A DNA stretch of 64,000 bases from Zancudomyces culisetae HAW-14-8 (lineage: Eukaryota; Fungi; Kickxellomycota): the NCBI GenBank assembly GCA_052426225.1, contig JBNJNM010000011.1, forward strand, positions 2,046,001 through 2,110,000, in the 5' to 3' direction. The notes beneath the pieces were generated by a model, which saw nothing but the letters and a program-made list of their open reading frames with translations, had not been told where the DNA came from and made no database searches. A program made the position numbers and the translations under genes. Below are positions 1 to 10,727 of the stretch, piece by piece. Each line of letters starts with the position of its first letter. Position 1 is the stretch's first letter.

Positions 1-3000
1 GCGGAGCTGATAACTTGAAATCTCTAGCAACATTTCTTTTGAAGTATTGTAATAAATTGACATGTAACCTTTTGCCGAGTAAAATTACTTGGTGCTCGGA
101 TTTTTCTTGGGAGTAGATTAACTGTGGAATTACTTTGGATTCCTTTTTGATATTTCTTATGACAGATGAATTGGGAATGTTTAAATTTGAATCGTCTTTA
201 TGAATATCATTATCTTGGCCCTTTTCAGATTTAAGAGATGCCTTTTTCGAGTGTTTAGGTTGTTCGGTTGTGGCGGAGGAATCAAATTGTAAACTAAACG
301 CCAGGCTTTTATAGAGTGAAGAGCTGATATTTGAACCAACAAATGAGATTAGCTGGATGAATGTTGATGAGGTCTCGTGGGTAAAATCAAACAAGCAGTT
401 AAGCGTGTTGTAGAGAAGGGTGAGTGATTTGTAAATGGAAAGAGTTAAAGTTGAGGGAAGTGACAGAGATAACAGTGTATCAAGTAGATGTATGATATGT
501 AATAGCCGCTTGCAGATCCGCAGGTGTAGGTATTGGTTGTAAGGAAATGAGATTGTGAAAAAGGAAACCAAATCAAAGTGAAGGTTGATTATTGAAAGAA
601 TGTTATTGATAATAGAGACAGATGATTTGGAATTGACAAGCGCAAATTTGGGATCAAAATCGATGTTTTCATCTTGGTTGCTAGCTGAATCGACTAATTT
701 GTCGTATACATTAGACAGATCCTCACAGATTAAACCATATATATTTAGACATTTATCCTGCAAATCCCAAAACACTTCTAGTGTCTTTTGTTTGTCACTA
801 TAACTGCTACTAAAACTCAAGTCATCACTGATTTCGTTGTTGAGACGATCGCCATAACCCAAGTTAACTCTAAAAGTGCTTGCTTTGGGATCTTCAAATC
901 CCCAAAATGGTAGGTAAAAACAAAGCGACGGTACTTGTAATTTTGACAGTAGCATTGAGTGTGTAGTTTTGTTTTTGAACTTGGAACCTAAATTACAGTC
1001 AGGTAAAATATACATCAGTTGAGAAAACAATGAAAATAAATTATCGACAATGGATGGATCAGTATATCCTAAAGTGTTTGTAGGTACAGCAGAGTTATTG
1101 CTGATTTCAGGGTTGATAGAAGCTTGCATCAGAAAGTTTGTGTTGTTTAGCTGCGAGTGCTGAGATGTTCCGTCCAAACCACTTTGGCTATTTTGGTCTT
1201 GCGATAGTCTTTGGTTGAGTGTGTTACTGGCGTCTAGCAACAACGTATAAACTAGTACTGACGAACGTTTCAAGGTGTCAATGTCAACAAAATTAGGGAT
1301 TATGTAATTGTTTGAGAATATCAACTCCAAGATATTGTCAGTGGTAATTGCCGACATTTTAGTGCAAACCTGAATCAAAAAAGCAATAGACTTAAACGAT
1401 GAAGGTGTAAAGAGTGGCTGCCGTGTGGATTTAGAAAGACGGAATGAGCTACTTAGCATTTCAATCAGCAAATATAATGTTGTGATATATGCGTTGACCG
1501 ATTCACAATCCGATTTGTTTATTTTTTCGGATATTATGCTCACCAAATAATCCAAATGCTCTGATTTGTCACTTATAGATGAAGTTAAAAGTTCCAATCC
1601 GCTTTTTATAATCTCCATAACAACGTGGATATTAGGCTTTTCTCGAAGTGGATTGAGAATATTGGGTCGTAGCAATAGTCGTTTAAGACTATGTAAACTG
1701 CTCTCATTGTTTGTATTGCCACTTGATAAAGTATGAGATTGAGTTTTCTGTTGGGCAAGAGTATTTGTTGAATCGCCAAATATTGATGATAGCCTGGTAA
1801 TGAACTCCCCAATCATATAACACAACGGTTTATACAACTGAGTGGCAAGCTCGTTATCTAATACAGAGTTAGTATCCAAATTTTTAATGTCAGACAGTAT
1901 CTGGTTGAGGATGTATGACAACAGAATAGGTTTGTTATTAGTTCGAGTTAAATTGGTAAAATTGGCGGTTATATATGAAACGTAATAGCTCAGAGTAGTA
2001 GGTTTAAACATGTCTAGATATTTTATGACGTCTGAAACTGGGAATGATGAGAATAGTTTTTGCCGTTTAGTGATCATGTCCTCAATACTCTGAATATTGT
2101 TATTTTCGTTTTGCGAGTGTGTGTAGTTTAGTTCCTGTATTTGACATTGAATCGACACATCATATAAACTAATCAAAAAACACGAAGTTCGTATACTGCT
2201 GTTGTTGTTGTTCAAAGCCTCGAGTTCCTCTATATACTCTGTGACCCGTTGGAGTCCATCCGTGTAAGCCTGCTGAATCGCAATTCCCATTATTATTGGA
2301 ATTGGTACCATGCCCTCTTGCTCAACCTTGTAATTCTGTAGTTTCCTGAACTCAAAATTTATTATCCCACCGATGGCATACTTAAATCTATCATTGTTTG
2401 AGAATTTAATTATGAGCTGGTGAAGTTTATGTAGGGAATAGCTGTATATTTCGATTTTTTGTGTCGTGCTTTTTCTAACCAAACCAAGTAGTTCCAATAC
2501 CATCATTTCCGCATCTGGTGTGTCCATTCCACCAGCTGAAAATAACAATTCAAGTAATGTATAGATTACATCAAGCGAGATTCTTCTTAACTCTTCGTTT
2601 CTGGTATACATGTTTTTTCGCAAAAGCAGAATCATAATATTATATACACTATATCGATTGTTCTTTGTTAAAATCATCTGTTCAAATATTGATCTAACTA
2701 TCATGTAGCCCACAGGAAGTGTCATAATCAATTCAAGTTTTGTTTTGTACATGTCCTCTAGCCCCTTTAGCAGCTGTGGCTTTTCAATAACCTGTTGACT
2801 AATTTTCTTGACCAGTGAGTTACTATATTCCTGACATTCTTCAGCTTTTTCAAACATCTTGGATAGTATTTCTGCCCTAGCAAATTTGTGGGCCTTAAAT
2901 ATAAGGCTCATTGTTTTGATAGATTCATCTCTCGCCCATTTTGTTGCCTCCCTTCCATACAGCTTTATACATGTTGATACCTTAATATACTCTAATAAGT

Positions 3001-4487
3001 CAATAATTATCTCGATTAACCTCTGGATACTGGTTTCCCACCCTATACTTTCACTTCTTGTAGATATCAGTTTGATTGCCTCCAATACGTCACTCTTTCC
3101 GCTCACTAGAAACTGCCTCCCCCAAATTACATTACTATCTTTTGCTATTTGCCTTTTCCTGATTGATATCATAATACTATGTTTAATCATTTCGTCAATC
3201 TGCTCCTTAAAACGATGAATTGTTCCCAAGCTTAGAAGTATTGCCAAAAAGAATGCTGACATTTCACCAAGACCTTTTTTACTTCCCCCTCGGTTTTTGG
3301 CGTACTTTACAATCTCTTGTCCCCATTTATAGTCCTGCTGAGCACTAAACATGATGTGCAGCAAGACCGTACCCTGTACTCCTACCAGTATTTTGTTAGT
3401 TTCACTCGCTTTTCTCATTTCCATCTGCTCGAAATACTCCACAATTCTTGATATACATTTTCCTCGCTTTCCATTTCTTGATATCAACATGGCTTGGTAA
3501 ACAAGTCCTGCCAACTGACCTGTTTCCACTCTTTTAAACTCGCTTACTATCTTTTGACACACGCTATCGTTGCTTTCTACTTCCATTCGAATATCACTGA
3601 ACATTTGTGCAATGTTGTATATTTCACTGGGCTTCCAGTTTATTGTACATGCTCGTCTAATCCACTCCGACTTGAACCACTGCCCGCTTTCTTCGCCATC
3701 CACACCTTGTATGTTTTTGACGTTATCTATACAGTCCATTATAGATACCACCAGGTTTCTAATTCCTCGCTCTAACATTTCTTCCGCCTCAAATCTCTCG
3801 ATTATTTTTACAGCTATCTCTGCCGCTTTTTCACCTGAGATCCCGGCAATCTATTTCAAAAAGTAAATGCCGTCATTACTTGTACCTATATATTTCTAAA
3901 GGAGGATTGATTCACCAATTTACCTCTGTGATAACTATTTTTTCGACCTGATTGGAAATGGATTGTCTCTCGCTTATGTTCTCGAGTATGCTATCATTAT
4001 TTTATACCACAGGTTATACTCGATATTTTTTTTGTATATAAACACTAATATAGTGAATGATTTACAATAAGACACAAAAATCCACGTATACATCGTAGTA
4101 TTCCTGCCGCTCATTCGTTACTCTGCTAATTCCTAGTAGTAATACGTTTATAGTCTTGTTAATTATTTTTACAAGTATCGTCTTTTGATTTATACGCAGG
4201 CATGTATATGTATAAAACGAAACAAGCTGTTATTACCTCTACTGATGCCCCGGAGATACTCAATGAAATCATTTTCCAAACCCTCTGCTAGTTCGTTCCT
4301 TTTTTCGTTGAGTATATCTACAAACTATTGTAAAAATTTGCTCAATTTGGCAATTCCCCTCAAAAAAAAATTTTTTTTCAAAAATTGTGATTGTCTTTCT
4401 TACGTTTTCATGGCCAAGCCTTGATAGAACTTCACCCAGTTCGCCATATTCTCTATCTCCTATGAGTTTGGTAATGTCCTCTTTCAT
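1..4487 (-). CDS. FANCI: Fanconi anemia group I protein homolog; multi-exon, 3' end runs off the window
   Basis: ATG at 4487 (MKEDITKL...), short 5' exons, then one open exon 3850->1. It is missing from the ORF track because it has no stop in the window. Manual translation gives FANCI-like blocks: GQLAGLVYQAMLIS, VQGTVLLHIMFSAQQDYKWGQEIVK, SAFFLAILLSLGTIHRFKEQI, LLLRKNMY (ubiquitinated-Lys region) and C-terminal KESKVIPQLIYSQEK...NLLQYFKRNVARDFKL. Confidence 0.88.
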
Positions 4488-4554
4488 TTGAATGAATTTC
4501 TAAATGTTTATTTATTTTTTGCCTTTAGTTTTGATAATTGAGACAGTTTATTGT

Positions 4555-4586
4555 ATTTGGTTTTGGTTTTGGTTTTGGTTTTGGTT
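4555..4586 (+). repeat. (TTTTGG)n microsatellite, about 5 copies, upstream of FANCI
   Basis: tttggttttggttttggttttggttttggttt seen directly. Confidence 0.8.
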
Positions 4587-6860
4587 TGTTTGGGATATTT
4601 TTCTGATGAGAAATTTATACCAATTGGTTTGCAATTCAGAAAAATAAATAAAGCCGGTTGTATTTCAAGCGGGTTTTCTATCACTCTATTGGCCAGAGAA
4701 GAACAAATCAGTATATTTAACTCCAACACAAACATTTGCGATATATCGCGTTTTTAGCCTTTTGGCAAATAAGCTTTAAAGCAAATAAAAATGACTATTG
4801 TTAATCTAACTAGATGGTATTAGGACAGTACTAAAAGGGACTATAAAAAAAAAAGCTTTATTAAGATTGCTAATCAAATCCCATAGTACTATTGCCCTTT
4901 TCTTTGGCTTTTTGATGTATGCAATATCACTTTTGAATATTGTTTAAATCGATTAAAGTAACACATGTTTTTTTATTTTTCACTTGTGCAAGATTTTTTG
5001 TAACTAGCTAACTAACCAACCTGCAGTCAAAATACAAACACAAATATATAGAGAAACTGATGCAGAGAAATTCATTGTTAAGTTACGGTTAGATTAATGT
5101 AGTCTGTTACTGAAAACGCTGGTCATTGGATGAGACGAAACTCGGTAAAGTCAAGCTATTTACATACTTTTCGCTTTGCTAGTCTATGTATGTACTAAAA
5201 TACACACTCTGATTTCTGCAGCTATATATCGGTTACAAAAACTGCGATATGGTCTTGAATGTTGTATTTCGATATACATTGCCTAGTCAATTTACACCCG
5301 GTTTTAATCCTAAAGACTCAACAAATTTTGCGGAATTGCGGGGCTGTGTAAGAAAGGAGTAGCAAGGGGGTGAGGGAAAACGATTTATACCCATTGTTCT
5401 GTTTTAAAACTTGTGACACTTTTCAAGTTGACACAAAACACATATTCCGATTTCCATAAAATAACAGGTGGTTTAGTTGATAGGGTCAGGCAAACGAGAT
5501 AAATGTTGAAAGACCAACCATTTATACGTTTATGGCCATATACCATGAAAACTGCGTGTATTTTTTTTTTAGACAGTTTTTTCAAGAGTTACACAGCTTA
5601 ACTAAAAAAAAAGCAAAACAAGAACTGCTGACAAGTCGGGTGTAACATGAGGGAAGAGGAGGGGGGGGAAGGAGGGGAAGGGAGTTGAAACTAATTTAGT
5701 TGGTCAAGGTTTTGGGGGCGGGGGAATATTATGAGCAGTCCGGAAAATGGTCATAAACTAATACTTGTTTTATCCTAACATCTTGTAGGAACCCAACTAT
5801 TAGAAATGTTTCCTTTATATATCTACCATTCTATTAATAGTACTGTTTTGAATCTTTATACAAAAGGTTCGGGATTTGAAACTGAGGTAATAGGAGGGAG
5901 AAGTTTTCTGCAGTAAAGTTTATGTTATATTTTTATTGTTCCTGGATTTAGCCAGTAGAAAAACTAAATCTGTAAAAAAACATATATATCGTTTCCTTAA
6001 TTTATATTTTCCTTTTATGGCAATATCCTAGAATATATAGATAATTCTTGATTAGAAAATACTAGATAGAAAAAGAAACAAAAAAAAACAGGCGATGCTG
6101 GTAGAAAAAAAAAAGCAAAAGGAAGAACAGATACTAAACGATAATCAGAAAATGGTCATCTGGAACACATAAAAAGTAATTGGGAGTTAGTGGCAAGATG
6201 GTTGAGTAAACCGAGCCTAATTACAAAAAAATTATTACCAAATGTAAATGTAAAGCAACATGATGTGGAAATTGGGTGGATGGGGATGGCAAAGTGGGGG
6301 TCACAGGAATTAGTAACAGTTAATTTTTCACATAATTTTACTATAATTTTAGCACAACTTTCACATTTTTCGAGATGGCAGCAAATAAACATTGGATTAA
6401 TTGCTGTAAGTTACACCATCAATTACAACATAAAAAAAAACAAAAACAATCACGCCATTTTTTTTATAAAAAGGGAAAATGGTAGCATACCAGATTTCAA
6501 GGCTAAAAGAGGAAGACAACGCCTAAAATAACTCCCACATTCCCCCGTTTTATAAATTTAGCTCAGTTTGACCAGAAAACATAGATTTCCCAATATCAAA
6601 ACATGGAGGGAGTTGCTCATGGGTAGAGGACAATTGGGCATATGAAAATAAAACAATTAAAGGTATCATTTTGCTAACAAGTAATATGAAAAAAAGCAGT
6701 TTAGGTTACAGTCTGAGAAATACAGGAACAGAATGAACTTTATGGTAATACCAAAGTTTGAGCGCACTGGGCATTCTTTCAGGGATTTATTTGAATAAGT
6801 AAAATGTAGGGTAGTGTTTGCTGAGTGGGGTGGAGGAGGGGATGAATTAAGAAAGAAATA

Positions 6861-6924
6861 GATGAATGGATGGATGGATGGATGGATGGGAGAAATGGAT
6901 GGGGAAATGGATGGATGGATGGAT
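6861..6924 (+). repeat. Imperfect (GATG)n tetranucleotide microsatellite
   Basis: gatgaatggatggatggatggatggatggg...atggatggatggatggatag. Confidence 0.8.
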
Positions 6925-7753
6925 AGTGGGAAAGTTGAATTTTAGCTATTGATGAGTTAATATAGCAATTTTTATACAGTATCATTTTTAAAACCCAAGG
7001 ATTTTTTACAAGAACACTGGGCATAAAAACCTTATCAAGGAAAAGTATTGAATTTAAAAAATAGCTGGGATGTTATGGACCTTGATTAACTTGTTTTAAT
7101 TAACGCTATTGAGCATCAAGTAAAATAAAATAAAATGCTGGTCAATTAGTATCATTAATTCCTATTTAAAATTCTGCGTGAATTTTTTTTATGGTAGGAT
7201 AAAAATTTTAGTGTATAAAAGATGATAAGGATAAATAAAAGAGGAAAAAATTGTTGTTTATACTTTTGTAGTTGGTGTAGCAAATATTATATAAGAAAAT
7301 ATAGTACAAAAAGATAGTAAAGTGAGACTTGTTCTTACAAGGAACTTATAAAAGGTGATATTATATCAGTTAAAAGAAAAAAAGACAAAGGGGGAAGTTT
7401 ATTCTGTCTAAAAACAAAACCAGCAAAAACATAGGAAGAATAGTAGTGTTATAGATCAAAGAAAACAGAACACAGCCTGAAGAGTTAACAGGTTTATACA
7501 TGGCGATGCCGTAGATCTAGCTAGTGTTTTTATAACAGATATTTTGATTTACATAACAGAGAGAGAGAGGAGATACGAGTTTTAATAACTACAACAAACA
7601 AAAAGCTATTACAACTTATGGAAAAAGCAAAATAAAAGGCCAGAGATAAGAAAGGGCAATATAAGACAAATAGAATAGATACAATACTGCTCGTGACTTA
7701 TCAATAGACAGAATAGAACATTATATAACAATCGAATAAGAAATAAGAAAAAT

Positions 7754-9295
7754 ATGAGCGAAAGTATAAAAAGTCAAAAAGCGACACAAGAGGGGATGGA
7801 TAGAAATAAAGAGATGATGAGACGCATGGCAGAGAGGTTGAAGAGTGTACAAGAAGATGTGAGAGCAGGGGAAACGGAGATAGGGACAGGGGGAAAGCAA
7901 GGAGAGGGGAAAACACCAAAAATAAAAGTAGGGTTAAAAGCCAGGATAATAACGGGAGGTAAAGAGAAGAGCGTGCGGTATTCAAAGGATGGACGACAAA
8001 TTAGTGGGCGGCAAAACGAGTGGATGAGTAGGTGGATCAACAATGCATCGCGGAATATGAGGGGGTATGAGTCAATAGAGGATTTGGATGTGCGATCAGA
8101 AATCGACAGTTTTTGGCATGTTGAGGAACGGATGAGGAAGAGAGAGAGCCGACGAGAACAAGAACGAGAACGAGAACAAGAGCGAGGGAACAAAGTCGAT
8201 GAGTTTAGAATGGTTGGAGAGGTTGAAGAAAAGGGGTATGAAATCAAAGGTATGCAAAACAATAGTGGCAGGAGGAATAGTGGAGGAAATAGAGGAAGCA
8301 GAAACAGGAATATTGGGGAGGATATAAGAAAAGTAGATTTGTTGGTAGAAAACGAAATCAATGAATCGTTAAACAGGATAAGCAGCAACAATGAAGAATC
8401 GGATTCTACAAAAGAAGAAAATGAACCAGACATCGAAAAGGGCAAAGATTTTGGAGCAAAAAAAGAGTTGGTAGGCGAGAAATATGAACAGAACAGACAA
8501 ATAGAAGAAGGAGAGGGAGAAAGAGAAAACGAGAAGGAAAAAACAAAGGGACAGGAAGTATCAACCAACAGTGTGAATTCCGAGCTTGAGCTTAACACCA
8601 AGATTTTCAAGTCGTATCAGACCGTAGTCAAGGAGACAGAGAAACTGTTTGATTTTTTAGCAGAGAGTATAGTTGCACAGCCAGATCACAGATACAATTT
8701 GCGATACGATGCATCAGTGTTTCCAGGCGAGATTGAACGACCTCCAGGCCGAGCTTCCGTCCGATCTAAAATACGACCGTCACCTGACGTTCGACAAAAT
8801 TTCAATATTACCAGCGATTCACAAAGACGATTGACTTTGGATCGTCGTGGCAGTAATCGCTATCACATTAGCAATAACAACAACATTAACAACAACATTA
8901 ACAACAACAACAATAACTCTCAACTATCACAGCCAAAGTCACAACCACAATCGCAACTAAGATCACAGCCTCAGTCGTGGCTGCAATCTTCAGCGAGTCG
9001 TAGTTCTTTACTCAAAAGAAATATCAACGCAACTCCAAAAACCTCTGCTTCCTACAAACAACCTCTTCCAAACATCAACAGCTCTGCATCCATCCACTCC
9101 AAACGGTCTCAAAAATCCGAATTTGTTGATGCAAGCACCTTCAATCTGATCCGCCAACGTGTCAACGGACTCAGTGCATCTCTTGTTCCTGAAGGTTCTA
9201 CCAGTATTTCTTTACAACGCATTGTTCCATCTGGTTCACAACGTGTTGCTCAGGACTTGGAGACTGTCAACTTGAAAAACATTCCCATTGACTAA
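7754..9295 (+). CDS. Hypothetical 513-aa low-complexity, probably disordered protein
   Basis: Single long ORF in AT-rich DNA; E/R/K-rich N-terminal half, N/Q/S-rich C-terminal half; no recognisable domain. Confidence 0.7.
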   Translation: MSESIKSQKATQEGMDRNKEMMRRMAERLKSVQEDVRAGETEIGTGGKQGEGKTPKIKVGLKARIITGGKEKSVRYSKDGRQISGRQNEWMSRWINNASRNMRGYESIEDLDVRSEIDSFWHVEERMRKRESRREQEREREQERGNKVDEFRMVGEVEEKGYEIKGMQNNSGRRNSGGNRGSRNRNIGEDIRKVDLLVENEINESLNRISSNNEESDSTKEENEPDIEKGKDFGAKKELVGEKYEQNRQIEEGEGERENEKEKTKGQEVSTNSVNSELELNTKIFKSYQTVVKETEKLFDFLAESIVAQPDHRYNLRYDASVFPGEIERPPGRASVRSKIRPSPDVRQNFNITSDSQRRLTLDRRGSNRYHISNNNNINNNINNNNNNSQLSQPKSQPQSQLRSQPQSWLQSSASRSSLLKRNINATPKTSASYKQPLPNINSSASIHSKRSQKSEFVDASTFNLIRQRVNGLSASLVPEGSTSISLQRIVPSGSQRVAQDLETVNLKNIPID

Positions 9296-9448
9296 CTCTT
9301 TATTCATCCACCTATTTGTATACTACCTTCATGCTTTTCCATTACTTGACTTTAATTTTTTATTTAGTCATTTGTCTTGAATATTTGTATCATTATCCCA
9401 GTTCTTTTTACATATTACTCCATTCCAATCTTGGAACGATAAATAGAG

Positions 9449-9559
9449 TAAAAAAAAAATTTTTTTTTAAATTATGATTTGTGTATTACCCAATTAAATT
9501 CATTCAACGTGATTATAATTTATCCCAATATAAAGTGAAAAAAAAAATTTTTTTTTTCA
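9449..9559. promoter_or_regulatory. RRPE-like poly(A)-poly(T) palindromes upstream of MRT4
   Basis: AAAAAAAAAATTTTTTTTT at about 9450 and TGAAAAAAAAAATTTTTTTTTTCA at about 9536, 200-300 nt upstream of a ribosome-biogenesis gene. Confidence 0.45.
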
Positions 9560-9763
9560 TCCATGATTTTTGTTTTAAATAATAAAATTTTGTAATAGAA
9601 GAAATATAGGATTGATCTAGCTAATAAAACTAGTATATATATTTTGTATTTTGATTAAATATAGTGACGAGATTTGTACAATAATTGATTCACAAGTGTA
9701 TATAGAATTGTATAGATATATCAAACGTAAACATAAACTTAAACATAAACCCAATACATAAAA

Positions 9764-10663
9764 ATGCCAAAATCAAAGAGACAGCGAGTAGGCAAGTTAC
9801 TAAACCATTTTCATGCATTTTTATTCATTAATATTATTATTGATTGCAAATTCAATACTCATTCTAAAATTTAAATACTAATAGTAAGCTTGACAAAGGC
9901 CACAGTCAAGGGAAGAGAACATAAAGAAAATCTTATTCAACAGGCAAGTCTTCCACACTTTTATTGGTCTGGTTTTCAATTCTCAATTCACAAAATCCCG
10001 AACATTGTTTTATAATATGTTTAATTGTATAACGACTTTATCAACAATGAATTAAAATGTATACCAAAATAGATTCAATCAAATATTGGAAAATACAACT
10101 ATATCTGGATCTTCTCTGTCGAAAATATGCGAAATGCATACCTAAAACAGGTACGCAGTGATCTAAACGATAGTCGATTCTTCTTTGGGCGAAACAAGGT
10201 CATGGCCAAGGCCTTTGGCAGTTCAGCAACTGATGAAGCCAGACTCAACTTGCACAAACTTTCCAAAAAACTGGTTGGCGATGTCGGCGTACTATTTACC
10301 AACCGCAGCGTTGAAGATATAAAACAATTGGTTTCTCAATACCATCAGTTGGATTATGCTCGTGCTGGAGTTGTAGCTACCCAATCGGTCCACCTTCCTG
10401 CTGGCGAGTTGGTCAAGTATCCTGTTGAGGATAACGAGGTTTTCCCACCAAACATGGAACCACAGCTGCGTAAATTGGGCATTCCAACATGTTTGAAAAA
10501 GGGTAAAGTTGTCATTGAACAGCCTTATGTTATTTGCGATGAAGGCCAAACCCTCAATCCAAACCAAGCCCAGCTACTCAAACTGTTTAACGTCGCTCTT
10601 GCTGATTTCCAAATCAAACTATTGTGCTATTGGAACAACGACACTCTTGTTGATTCATTCTAA
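9764..10663 (+). CDS. MRT4: Ribosome assembly factor Mrt4; exons 9764-9791, 9885-9943, 10073-10663
   Basis: Spliced product MPKSKRQRVVSLTKATVKGREHKENLIQQIQSNIGKYNYIWIFSVENMRNAYLK...SRFFFGRNKVMAKAFG...GDVGVLFTN...DYARAG...MEPQLRKLG; both introns are GC-AG. Confidence 0.93.
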
Positions 10664-10727
10664 ATTATTTTTCGCCTTTTACTTTTATAAAATAAATCCA
10701 TCTAATTTTATACATAATAAAAGCTAT

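Noticed and set aside
4555-4586. Interstitial telomere
   Set aside because: Only about 5 TTTTGG units in a promoter region; an ordinary microsatellite.
5129-5152. Hammerhead-like GATGAG..CGAAAC..GTC
   Set aside because: The core is not CUGAUGA, and stems II and III cannot form.
6712-6760. TPP-riboswitch-like words (CTGAGAAATAC...GAACTT...GGTAATACCA)
   Set aside because: The UGAUC and GCG pyrophosphate-sensing residues and a P2 partner are missing, and no thiamine gene or intron is adjacent.
7774-8610. 278-aa antisense ORF and the many other short antisense or frame-shifted ORFs in the track
   Set aside because: Shadow ORFs produced by purine-rich or low-complexity coding strands; no domain signatures.
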